Origin: Minisyncoccia bacterium | GTDB taxonomy: Bacteria; Patescibacteriota; Minisyncoccia; 2-02-FULL-40-12; IGHO2-01-FULL-4-A | Length of the DNA stretch: 49,297 bases | Reading direction: 5' to 3' | Assembly: GCA_050015375.1 (NCBI GenBank) | Contig: JBEKBN010000007.1 | Location: 1 to 49,297, forward strand | Part shown: positions 1 to 7,850 of the stretch, one piece after another | How positions within the stretch are numbered: position 1 is the first letter of the stretch | Layout: each line of letters opens with the position of its first letter | Program-made: the position numbers and the translations under genes | The notes under the pieces: generated by a model | The model's input: the letters and a program-made list of their open reading frames with translations, nothing else | Told to the model about the DNA's origin: nothing | Database searches by the model: none

Positions 1-1
1 C

Positions 2-343
2 GGTGTCGGTATCAGCAATTTTCCGGTGGTTGTCGGTGAAGATTTAGCAAAAGTCAAAGCTGGCTCTTCGGCTCACAATCTCTATCTTCACATCGCTTCC
101 GAGATGGGAATTCCGGCATTGCTTTTGGCGCTGTATTTCCTCTGGCTTTTGCTTCAAAAAATATATTTTAATTTCCGCGATGAAAACGATTCAATTCGTT
201 TGATTTATTTTTCGGCGTCTTTGATTTTCATTCCGTGGATCCTAATGTATCTTTTTACGGACATTGCCATTTTCGACGAACGTGCGTTGCTGATGTTTGT
301 CATAACTTGCGCTCTGATTTTTGGAATAAAAAAAGAGGCATAA
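2..343 (+). CDS. O-antigen ligase (Wzy/RfaL-like) family membrane protein, C-terminal part; 5' end outside window
   Basis: Frame is open from nt 2. The peptide ...GSSAHNLYLHIASEMGIPALLLALYF... plus following hydrophobic helices resembles the O-antigen-ligase domain. Lies next to GT2/LCP envelope genes. Confidence 0.6.
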   Translation, partial: GVGISNFPVVVGEDLAKVKAGSSAHNLYLHIASEMGIPALLLALYFLWLLLQKIYFNFRDENDSIRLIYFSASLIFIPWILMYLFTDIAIFDERALLMFVITCALIFGIKKEA

Positions 344-348
344 TGCCT

Positions 349-624
349 CTATTTGTCAACCAGACCTTCATATATTTTGTATCTGCACCGAAGAGGACTG
401 TCTATATGGGTTTGGACGATTATTCTCTTTTGCATAAACAATATTAGAACTCGCTGAATTTCCAGGAGTGTCGGGAAAATACCTATATTGACCAACTCAT
501 TATTTAACTGTATGGGGCTTATTCCGACTCGAGAGTGAGCGTGGCCGTAGAATATATTTTTAATCTCCTTTTTCAACTCGGAATATTTCATGCGAACTAG
601 CTTTCTAACTTCTTTTCTCGCCAT
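349..624 (-). CDS. small hypothetical protein (91 aa), paralog of 746..1024
   Basis: ATG with GGAGG 5 nt upstream. Shares the pattern F-G-x2-H-x-RVG ... E(I/L)Q..L...QK..I ... HIDS with its neighbour. Has its own copy of a duplicated promoter block. Confidence 0.55.
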   Translation of the reverse strand: MARKEVRKLVRMKYSELKKEIKNIFYGHAHSRVGISPIQLNNELVNIGIFPTLLEIQRVLILFMQKRIIVQTHIDSPLRCRYKIYEGLVDK

Positions 625-644
625 ATCGTCCTCCGATTTGTAAG

Positions 645-691
645 GTTCAAAGCTGATTGAAGTATATCAGAATATTTGGTATTGTCAAATA
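645..691 (-). promoter_or_regulatory. duplicated 47-nt promoter block, copy 1 (TTGACA-16-TATACT on minus strand)
   Basis: gttcaaagctgattgaagtatatcagaatatttggtattgtcaaata matches 1045..1091 with 3 mismatches, exactly 400 bp away. On the minus strand it reads TTGACA (683-688) and TATACT (661-666). Confidence 0.55.
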
Positions 692-745
692 AATATTCAA
701 AATAATTTTTTGGAAATTAAAAAGTCCCAAGTGGGACTTAAGATA

Positions 746-1024
746 TCACTGGAAACGGCCGGGTTTTTCGATATAACCTTCGATAGAATGATAACCTTCC
801 GAATCAATGTGCACTCCTGGAAACATCGCTATCTTCTTTTTTTGGAGCATCACCAAAAGTGTCGCCTGAAGCTCTTCAATGCTGGTACCGATTCTTTTTT
901 CTTTCAAATATTTTCTGACCTCTCCGACTCTCTGATGGGGTACTCCATCAAATAGTTTTAATATCTCATTCTCAAATTCTTCGTCAGAAAGGTTGACGAT
1001 TTGTTCCACGACTTTAGTTGGCAT
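746..1024 (-). CDS. small hypothetical protein (92 aa), paralog of 349..624
   Basis: ATG 1022-1024. Same conserved pattern as 349..624 and preceded by the second copy of the promoter block. Confidence 0.55.
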   Translation of the reverse strand: MPTKVVEQIVNLSDEEFENEILKLFDGVPHQRVGEVRKYLKEKRIGTSIEELQATLLVMLQKKKIAMFPGVHIDSEGYHSIEGYIEKPGRFQ

Positions 1025-1044
1025 AACTTCCCCCGAATGTGAAA

Positions 1045-1091
1045 GTTCAAAGCTGATTGAAGAATATCAGAATATTTGATATTGTCAAATA
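1045..1091 (-). promoter_or_regulatory. duplicated 47-nt promoter block, copy 2
   Basis: Near-identical to 645..691. Minus strand reads TTGACA (1083-1088) with a weaker -10 TATTCT. On the + strand TTGAAG-17-TATTGT lies 8 nt before the GT2 ATG, so it may be bidirectional. Confidence 0.45.
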
Positions 1092-1092
1092 T

Positions 1093-2145
1093 ATGCAACC
1101 GCGAGTCACAATCAATCTTGTCGTCATGAACGGAGAGAAATATATCCGCCATTGCTTGGATTCGATTTTGAAGCAAACTTTTCTAGATTTTGAAGTCAAT
1201 ATTTTGGATAATGCTTCGACTGATAAAACACTCGAAATCGCAAGAGAATATTCTTCCCATGATTCTAGATTCATGATTCATGATTCATCGGTTAATCTTG
1301 GAACCTGGGGCGGATTCGAGGAATTATTGAAATTTTCGCTTGGCAAATATATCGTCTGCCAATCGGTTGATATTTTACTTGACCCGGATTTTTTGAAAAA
1401 TGCAGTTTTGGAAATGGAAAAAGATGAAAAGATCGGTGCGCTTCAACCAAAAGTTTTGCGCTGGTATTTCAAGAATGGAAAACCGGAATTCACAAATTTT
1501 ATAGATACTTTGGGATTCAAAATCTTCAAGTCGCGAAGAGTTATTAATTTCGGCCACGGCGAAACGGATAGGCCTGATTTCAACCAAAAACGCGAGATTT
1601 TCGGAGTCGAAGGCGCGGTGCCGGTTTTCCGAAAAATTGCTTTTGAAGACTGTCGAATTCTCGTTCTCGGTTTACCCCCACACTCACAGCGTGAGTGTGG
1701 GGGCGAGATTATGGACCACGATATGTGGTGGTATGGGGACGATATTGATCTTGCCTGGCGGATGAGATTGTTCGGCTGGAAAGAGATTTACGCGCCAAAC
1801 GTTTTAGCTTATCATGACCGGTCAACGACTCACGGTTTGAGCAAAGATAAGAGAGATTTCATCAAAATGCGCCGTGAAATTCCCATCCGTAAACGCCGGT
1901 TGGATTATCGGAATACGATTTTGACCTTCATCAAAAATGACTACTTGTCGAATATTATCAAAGATGCTCCTGCGATATTTGTTAGACAAATCGGACTTTG
2001 GGCATACTTTACGATCTATGAACCGTCAATGTATCTCGAGCTTTTTAATATTTGTAAATTACTGCCGATTATGTTAAAAAAGAGAAGAGAGGTCATGAGA
2101 AAAGCAAAAGTTTCGCCACGAGAAATGAGAAAATGGTTCGATTGA
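1093..2145 (+). CDS. family 2 glycosyltransferase
   Basis: MQPRVTINLVVMNGEKYIRHCLDSILKQTF..FEVNILDNASTD and ..YGDDIDLAWRMRLFGW are GT2 hallmarks. Start moved from the TTG at 1057 to the ATG at 1093. Confidence 0.85.
   Translation: MQPRVTINLVVMNGEKYIRHCLDSILKQTFLDFEVNILDNASTDKTLEIAREYSSHDSRFMIHDSSVNLGTWGGFEELLKFSLGKYIVCQSVDILLDPDFLKNAVLEMEKDEKIGALQPKVLRWYFKNGKPEFTNFIDTLGFKIFKSRRVINFGHGETDRPDFNQKREIFGVEGAVPVFRKIAFEDCRILVLGLPPHSQRECGGEIMDHDMWWYGDDIDLAWRMRLFGWKEIYAPNVLAYHDRSTTHGLSKDKRDFIKMRREIPIRKRRLDYRNTILTFIKNDYLSNIIKDAPAIFVRQIGLWAYFTIYEPSMYLELFNICKLLPIMLKKRREVMRKAKVSPREMRKWFD
1261..1288 (+). repeat. GATTCNT heptamer tract (4 units) inside the GT2 CDS
   Basis: gattcta gattcat gattcat gattcat, read in frame as DSRFMIHDS. 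Confidence 0.8.
1675..1703. repeat. perfect 13-bp-stem/3-nt-loop palindrome inside the GT2 CDS
   Basis: cccccacactcac-agc-gtgagtgtggggg, translated in frame as PPHSQRECGG. Confidence 0.9.
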
Positions 2146-2152
2146 TATGGAC

Positions 2153-2181
2153 CCCGTTAGAAGTCACCCTAACGGGTTTAT
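2153..2181 (+). terminator. weak hairpin terminator after GT2 (CCCGTTAG/CTAACGGG type)
   Basis: cccgttag-aagtcacc-ctaacggg followed by tttat, 8 nt after the stop. Confidence 0.4.
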
Positions 2182-2230
2182 AAATTCAAGCTAATTATCA
2201 AGTCAGTCTGGGGCAAGTTTTATAACCTAT

Positions 2231-3352
2231 GTGATTAACTGTGCAACAGTGACTTCTAACGGGGTGGATGTAATTTCTCCGCAAAACTTGAACGAACTTC
2301 CGGAAACGGCAAAAAAACGGTGGTTCAAAAGACCGCTGTTTTTCGCTTTGCTCGTTGCCTTGATTGCCATCGGTTTGTTCTTTTATCAATTCGGTTCGGC
2401 ATATAATTCAATGGTCGTCAGCAAAAGCGGATTTTTACAAAGCATTATCAACGCGATAACGGGTCAAAAGAACGACGGTCAAAAACAATACACCGACAAC
2501 GCTTTTCCAATGCCGTCTCCCGAAGCTGACCGGCTGGATGTCTTGATCTTGGGAATCCACGGCGACACTGCCGAGCAGATAACCAACGAGGGGGGATTGC
2601 TCACCGACACGATGCAACTCGTCAGCATTGACCGAAAAACGAATGAGGCCTCGATGGTTTCCATTCCGCGCGACTTGTACATCAACATGCTTGGTGTTAA
2701 CGGAAAAATAAACGAGGTCTACGAGAGAGGATTGGCCAATGGCGACAGCATGGGTTTGGTAAAAAATGTCGTTTCGCGTATCACCGGCGTTTATGTCGAC
2801 AAAGTGGTTGTTTTCGATTTCGGAGCTTTTCAGAAGATCGTCGACACCATCGGCGGCATCGATATCACGCTTGAACAGCCCTTCGATGAACCGACCCAAT
2901 GGGGCTATGATTTCCATCTGCCTGCCGGACCCGATCATCTCGACGGCCAATCAGCGCTGTATTACGTCCGCTCGCGTTTCTCGACAAGCGATTTTGACCG
3001 CTCGCGCCGGCAGCAAGATGTTGTCAAAGCGATAAAAATAAAGGCCTCACAGGAAGGATATTTGTCAAACCCGATAAAAATAAATGAGATGTTGAATCTC
3101 ATCAAAGGCGATATCAAAACGGATTTTCAGATCTGGGATATCAGCGACTTGGCAAAATTAGCGACCCATTTTACTTCCGACAGCCAAATAAAGGATTACG
3201 TCATCGACACCACGAATCTCCTTTACGAATCCAAGGATCCCGTCGGCGCCTACATTCTTCTTCCCAAAGGCGACAATTATGACGGCATCCACAAAATGTT
3301 CCAGGATATCCTGACCCAGATCTCAACCCCGAGCCCGACATCTTCAAAATAA
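2231..3352 (+). CDS. LytR-CpsA-Psr (LCP) family cell-envelope polymer transferase
   Basis: N-terminal TM segment, then LDVLILGIHGD..LTDTMQLVSIDRKTNEASMVSIPRDLYINM..GKINEVY..FGAFQKIVDTIGGIDI, typical LCP motifs. GTG start as in the ORF track. Confidence 0.85.
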   Translation: MINCATVTSNGVDVISPQNLNELPETAKKRWFKRPLFFALLVALIAIGLFFYQFGSAYNSMVVSKSGFLQSIINAITGQKNDGQKQYTDNAFPMPSPEADRLDVLILGIHGDTAEQITNEGGLLTDTMQLVSIDRKTNEASMVSIPRDLYINMLGVNGKINEVYERGLANGDSMGLVKNVVSRITGVYVDKVVVFDFGAFQKIVDTIGGIDITLEQPFDEPTQWGYDFHLPAGPDHLDGQSALYYVRSRFSTSDFDRSRRQQDVVKAIKIKASQEGYLSNPIKINEMLNLIKGDIKTDFQIWDISDLAKLATHFTSDSQIKDYVIDTTNLLYESKDPVGAYILLPKGDNYDGIHKMFQDILTQISTPSPTSSK

Positions 3353-3455
3353 TTGACAAATAGATATCTTATAATGTATTATATGTTTACAGTTCTTTAA
3401 CGTGATTTTGTGCTTCAAATTCCTTAAAAATGCCCTAGATGGGCGGGAGCTTGTT

Positions 3456-3884
3456 ATGAAAACAGGTCAGAAAAGAAGTATTGGTGCCTTCAACCTAGCG
3501 GTTTGCATGTTTATGGTCAGAATAAGCGACTTCTTTGAAGAAACGCTTGGAATTGATTTTTGGCGGCATACTCCAGGAATTGATTGCGAGATGATCAGCG
3601 AAATAAGCGGTGAGTTTAAAAGCTATCTCAAAATCATTCCGCGTGGCTGGCCTAAAGATTCCTGTATTTTTCTTCGTTTAAGGAATTTTGATCAATGTCC
3701 AAATCCTTGGTATGTTGACGATGCGACTATTCGTGCGCCTCATATACCCGGACTTGAAAATTTTCGTTTGCGCATTAACCAAAACGAAATAGAGCCGGAA
3801 GAACCGATTCCAAGTGAAATTCAAGAAATCGTCCGAAAAAGAGCGCTAATACATCCCGGCAATAAGTTTTTGAAGTATCTTTAA
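3456..3884 (+). CDS. hypothetical protein
   Basis: ATG 3456 lies 6 nt after GGGAG. Possible TTGACA-18-TATTAT promoter at 3353-3382. No recognisable domain. Confidence 0.45.
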   Translation: MKTGQKRSIGAFNLAVCMFMVRISDFFEETLGIDFWRHTPGIDCEMISEISGEFKSYLKIIPRGWPKDSCIFLRLRNFDQCPNPWYVDDATIRAPHIPGLENFRLRINQNEIEPEEPIPSEIQEIVRKRALIHPGNKFLKYL

Positions 3885-3906
3885 TAACTATTAAAAGAGT
3901 GATTGA

Positions 3907-3933
3907 CCGTTGATAACATATCGACGGCCTTTT
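3907..3933 (+). terminator. rho-independent terminator candidate
   Basis: ccgttgat-aacat-atcgacgg (one G-U pair) followed by ccTTTTaattt. Confidence 0.5.
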
Positions 3934-4011
3934 AATTTCAGATTTAAAAAATATTTAGAGGAGCCAATCTCCAATACTTGTTTATTTCTGAAAATATTGT
4001 AGAGTATCGGG

Positions 4012-4836
4012 ATGCCTGAATTATCTATCATCATTGTCCATCACCGGACTCCGGGATTTCTGAAGATGTGCCTGAAGTCGCTGAAAACGGTCGCAACGGG
4101 AATAGACCATGAAGTTATCGTGGTAGATTCAAAAGCGACAAGGGAGTCGAAAGAAATCGTGTCCGAACTGGCGCCTGAGGCGATATATTTGTCGTCGAAA
4201 GAGAACCTCGGCTATTCGCGGGGAGTGAATACCGGTCTGAAGATCGCCAAAGGCGACTTTTTACTCGTCCTTAATCCCGACATCATAATTACCGGTGATA
4301 ATTTGCTGAAGCTCTTGGAGTTCATGAAAAAACATCCCGATGTCGGCATGGCCGGGCCGCAATTGCGGAATTTTAACGGCACGGTTCAGAACTCATATTT
4401 TCGTTTTTACCGGCCGATAACCATTGTCGCTCGCCGGGTTTTCGGCGGAAAATTCGATTATTTCAAAAATTTGATAAATGATTTTCAAATGTCAGACGTT
4501 GACCCGAACAAGATCCAAACGCCGGATTGGATAATGGGTTCGATGCTGATGATAAATCGGAATGCGCTGGAAAAAGTCGGTTTGATGGATGAAAGATTTT
4601 TTATGTATTTTGAGGATGTTGACTGGGCCCGGCGTTTTTGGCACAATGGATATAAGGTTGTCTATTTTCCAAAGGCGTTCGTTTATCATTATCATCGCCA
4701 TGAATCAAAGACGAAATTGGGCGTGTTTGATGCGATCTTCAACAAAAAAACCCGTTGGCACATTGTCAGCGCCGTCAAGTTTTTCATGAAATATCGGGAT
4801 CTGTCAGTGGTTCGAAAAATATCTCATGCTGAATAA
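4012..4836 (+). CDS. family 2 glycosyltransferase (rhamnosyltransferase-like)
   Basis: LSIIIVHHRTPGFLKMCLKSL, VVDS, ENLGYSRGVNTGL, MYFEDVDWARRFW. Confidence 0.85.
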   Translation: MPELSIIIVHHRTPGFLKMCLKSLKTVATGIDHEVIVVDSKATRESKEIVSELAPEAIYLSSKENLGYSRGVNTGLKIAKGDFLLVLNPDIIITGDNLLKLLEFMKKHPDVGMAGPQLRNFNGTVQNSYFRFYRPITIVARRVFGGKFDYFKNLINDFQMSDVDPNKIQTPDWIMGSMLMINRNALEKVGLMDERFFMYFEDVDWARRFWHNGYKVVYFPKAFVYHYHRHESKTKLGVFDAIFNKKTRWHIVSAVKFFMKYRDLSVVRKISHAE

Positions 4837-6031
4837 TAAAAATTATGTCATTGGTTTGGTCATCATCGCGGTTCTAGTCGGATTCGCCGGCGGTTTTTAT
4901 TACCAGCAATCGAAGATAATATTGCCGGTTAACATTCCGGTTCTTAATCAAACCATCGGCAAACCGCAAGGTGTGGATTTCAGCATGTTCTGGGACACAT
5001 GGAATTTAATTCATCAGAAATATGTTGATAGCGGGAATCTCAACACCCAAACCATGATCTACGGCGCCATAGATGGCATGGTCAAATCAGTCGGCGATCC
5101 TTATACCGTATTTTTTCAACCTGCGGAGTCGAAAGCATTTGCCGAAGACATCAATGGTTCGTTTTCCGGTATCGGTATCGAGATCGGCATCCGCAACGAT
5201 CTATTGACCGTCATCGCGCCCATCAACGGCACGCCGGCCGACAAGGCGGGAATAATGTCGGGCGATGTCATCTCCAAGGTCGGCGACAAGACAACTGATG
5301 GCATGACGACCGATGATGCCGTTAATCTGATCCGAGGCGCGAAGGGAACGCCGGTGAAATTGACGATCGTCCGCGGCGAGCAGAAAACAGTCAAAGAATT
5401 CACCATCATCCGCGACACTATCAAAACGCCGACTGTTTCCTGGAAATTGATCAACGGGAACATTGCCTATGTCCAATTGTATGTTTTTGATAGCAATGTT
5501 GACGCCGATTTCCAAAAAGCGGCCGACGAGATCGTTAAATCAAAAGCCGACCGGATAATCCTTGATGTCAGAAATAATCCCGGTGGGTTGCTTGATTCTT
5601 CAGTGGATATCGCCAGTTATTTCATGGACCCGAATTTGATCGTTGTCAGAGAAAAGTTCGTTGACGGCCATGAAGAGGACTATCGTTCGCAAGCTAATGG
5701 TTTGTTGAAAAAATATCCGTTGATAATCATCACCAACCAAGGTTCGGCATCGGCATCCGAGATATTGACCGGCGCCATCAAAGACAACCGCCATGCGATC
5801 ATTGTCGGTGAAAAGACATTCGGAAAAGGCGTGGTTCAGGAAGTTGATCCGCTTGCCGGCGGCGCGTCGGTCAAGATAACTATTGCCAAGTGGTATACGC
5901 CCAGCGGTGTTTCCATCAATACCGATGGTATCACGCCTGACGTTCCGGTCACTCGAACCGAGGATGACATCAACGCCAATAAAGATCCGCAATTGGACAA
6001 GGCGGAGGAGTTGATACAGAATTTAAAATAA
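4826..6031 (+). CDS. S41 family C-terminal processing peptidase with PDZ domain
   Basis: GIGIEIG..PINGTPADKAGIMSGDVISKV (PDZ), ILDVRNNPGGLL, NQGSASASEILTGAIKD..GEKTFGKG. Overlaps the GT2 gene by 11 nt. Confidence 0.9.
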   Translation: MLNNKNYVIGLVIIAVLVGFAGGFYYQQSKIILPVNIPVLNQTIGKPQGVDFSMFWDTWNLIHQKYVDSGNLNTQTMIYGAIDGMVKSVGDPYTVFFQPAESKAFAEDINGSFSGIGIEIGIRNDLLTVIAPINGTPADKAGIMSGDVISKVGDKTTDGMTTDDAVNLIRGAKGTPVKLTIVRGEQKTVKEFTIIRDTIKTPTVSWKLINGNIAYVQLYVFDSNVDADFQKAADEIVKSKADRIILDVRNNPGGLLDSSVDIASYFMDPNLIVVREKFVDGHEEDYRSQANGLLKKYPLIIITNQGSASASEILTGAIKDNRHAIIVGEKTFGKGVVQEVDPLAGGASVKITIAKWYTPSGVSINTDGITPDVPVTRTEDDINANKDPQLDKAEELIQNLK

Positions 6032-6034
6032 GCA

Positions 6035-6250
6035 AATGTCCGAGAGAGCGAGTGTAATCACGATGCTCGATTGGAAACAGTTGTTTACCCAGCCCTATCT
6101 GGAATCATAGTTATATGTTTCAGATAGATTGAAGACGCAGTCGCCTTACGGTTCTAGTAGTATGTAAGATCAAACTGTGAGCCCAGATAGGGCTGGGTCA
6201 TGAATTGTTTCCTGTTCGCCGCGATATTAATCTAGCTCACAGACAATTCT
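6035..6250 (+). repeat. type-C rod-like intercistronic cassette, copy C1 (expanded apical part)
   Basis: Starts AATGTCCGAGAGAGCGAG 3 nt after the ctp stop and ends CTAGCTCACAGACAATTCT directly before the rplI ATG. Inner inverted repeats are GGAAACAG/AATTGTTTCC and acccagccctatctgg (6087-6102)/ccagatagggctgggt (6183-6198). Confidence 0.75.
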
Positions 6251-6697
6251 ATGAAAGTCATTTTCCTCAAAAATATTAAAAACGTTGCCCAGATCGGGGA
6301 CATTAAAGAAGTGGCCGACGGTTACGCCCGAAATTTTTTATTGAAAAATGGCGTGGCCAAAGTAGCGACGGCCGATTCGGCGAAACAAGCCGAAACATTG
6401 AAAATATTGCGCGTTGAATTCGACGTCAAAACCAAGGAGAAGGGGATAGAACTTGCCAAAAAAATGGAAAATGCCGTTATAGAGATAAACGGCGACGCCA
6501 ACGAGCAAGGTCATCTTTACGGTTCGATCGATGCCAAAAGGATCGCCGACAAGATCAACAACAAATATCATCTTGGCATTTCGGAAGACAACATAAATTT
6601 GCCCCAGCATCTCAAAGCAACAGGAGAGCATGAAGTCGAAATAGAGTTCCACCCCGAAGTCAAAACAAAAATGAAAGTTATTGTGACCTCTGTCTGA
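6251..6697 (+). CDS. rplI: 50S ribosomal protein L9
   Basis: MKVIFLKNIKNVAQIGDIKEVADGYARNFLLKNGVA is the canonical L9 N-terminus. Confidence 0.95.
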   Translation: MKVIFLKNIKNVAQIGDIKEVADGYARNFLLKNGVAKVATADSAKQAETLKILRVEFDVKTKEKGIELAKKMENAVIEINGDANEQGHLYGSIDAKRIADKINNKYHLGISEDNINLPQHLKATGEHEVEIEFHPEVKTKMKVIVTSV

Positions 6698-6935
6698 TTT
6701 CTCTCGTTTCGCTTAGTGTGACTGATATTGTTTTCCGGGACACTCCGACTCTATGCGGCCGGCGGCCGCCTCATTGTCCCTCCACATGTTACGGGACAAT
6801 CAAAGAAGTCTCCGCTCATCGTCTCGCCTCGCTCGTTGTGGCATAATTTCCCACCCGCTTCGCTCTGCGGAAATTACGCTACAACCCCTTGCCCACTCGT
6901 CTTCGACGGTGCCCTCGAAACAACATCAGCCACAC
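6698..6935 (-). repeat. type-A structured repeat, variant (family sense on minus strand)
   Basis: Begins 1 nt after the rplI stop. Its reverse complement aligns block by block with 8830..9088 (GCAAGG + hairpin, GAGCGGAGACTTC, GATTGTC..GACAA, GC hairpin, GCATAGAGTCGGAG). Confidence 0.6.
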
Positions 6936-6970
6936 AACATATTGCAAAAAGAAAAAACCCCACATTAGAC

Positions 6971-6990
6971 AAAAGCTGCGGAGCTTTTTT
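6971..6990. terminator. bidirectional hairpin terminator candidate
   Basis: aaaagct-gcgg-agctttt with T/A runs on both sides. A further pairing is ccacacaa (6930-6937)/ttgtgtgg (6989-6996). Confidence 0.4.
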
Positions 6991-7012
6991 GTGTGGGACT
7001 GGAAAGAACAAA

Positions 7013-7468
7013 TTATTTGCGTGGCTGGACGAAAATAAGGCGCTCTTCGCGAAGAAACAGAATGCATTCTGTAGTATCCAGCGAATGGTAGCCGATGTAA
7101 AAGAGCCAAGCGTTGCATCCATCAAAATTTGGCTTTGAAGCAATAGTTCCAAAAAGGGACTCGGGCAGGACAAGCCGTGAAGCGGGTCCGATTTCAGCTG
7201 GACAAAGCTTATATCCTAAATTCCGGATAGCACTAAAGACATAGCTGGGAAACAACTCTCTAGAAGAACCATGAATAGCAAAACTAAGTTCACCAACTGT
7301 TGCCGAAACCAGATCGAGTTCTGTTTTTTTCTTGACCAGTTTTACTTTCTTCAGAATTCTATCGGCTTCAAGACTAATTCTGAATCCACTATTAAACAGT
7401 GCCTTGCGATAATCCAAGATATCCTTAAAGCCACCGATGGTAACGGTTTTGATGATTGGGAAATTCAT
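7013..7468 (-). CDS. hypothetical protein (151 aa)
   Basis: ATG 7466-7468 has AAGGAG 6 nt upstream (MNFPIIKTVTIGG...). No recognisable domain. Confidence 0.5.
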   Translation of the reverse strand: MNFPIIKTVTIGGFKDILDYRKALFNSGFRISLEADRILKKVKLVKKKTELDLVSATVGELSFAIHGSSRELFPSYVFSAIRNLGYKLCPAEIGPASRLVLPESLFGTIASKPNFDGCNAWLFYIGYHSLDTTECILFLREERLIFVQPRK

Positions 7469-7570
7469 GTTGTTCTCCTTTCGCCATTCGACAAATAGTA
7501 ATGCGTTGTAAAGAACTTTGCCTCTGTGGGCTCGCAAACACGATGCTTGTGAGTTCAAGCGTATACCCTA

Positions 7571-7598
7571 ATATTACACCCCTTTATATGTTTGTCAA
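7571..7598 (-). promoter_or_regulatory. sigma70-like promoter candidate for 7013..7468
   Basis: Minus strand reads TTGACA (7593-7598), 16 nt, TAATAT (7571-7576). Confidence 0.45.
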
Positions 7599-7639
7599 GG
7601 GTAGCCAAAAATAGCCGAAATTGCTGTTTTTGAGGCTTT

Positions 7640-7848
7640 GGCTAATCCCAAGCGAGTCTCCTCAATCCCTGCGAACCCCGGTTGCTTCGGGCACGCTCAA
7701 AAGAGTGGATTGCACGGTTTGCGAGCAATATAATGGATAAAACACTGCGAGCAAAATCCACGCTTTTGAGCGAACAAGAAATCTCGCTGGGATTTCGAGT
7801 AGTGACCCAAAGGGACCGAGGGTGAGCCTGGTTGGGGATTGAGGGGGC
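7640..7848 (+). repeat. type-A structured repeat (GCACGG junction, TATAAT loop, TCGCTGGG-loop hairpin)
   Basis: Outer arms cctcaatccc (7660-7669)/gggattgagg (7835-7844). Helix cgctcaaaagagtggatt/aatccacgcttttgagcg. GCACGG at 7712-7717, TATAAT at 7729-7734, TCGCTGGG at 7784-7791. Ends 3 nt from the rpmA stop. Confidence 0.8.
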
Positions 7849-7850
7849 GC

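Noticed and set aside
6728-7173. ORFs 6728-7138(+), 6753-6968(+), 6874-7173(-) and 6879-7118(-).
   Set aside because: They lie on the type-A variant repeat and terminator region and overlap each other and the 3' end of 7013-7468. They have no SD and low-complexity Arg/Ser/Pro-rich translations typical of GC-rich palindromes.
7729-7734. TATAAT in the apical loops of type-A elements (also 24520, 33004, 34407, 45398) considered as genuine -10 promoter boxes for small RNAs.
   Set aside because: The distance to any -35-like hexamer (TTGCAY) varies from 13 to 23 nt between copies, and one copy lacks TATAAT. It cannot be supported from sequence alone, so it is mentioned only as a conserved loop feature.
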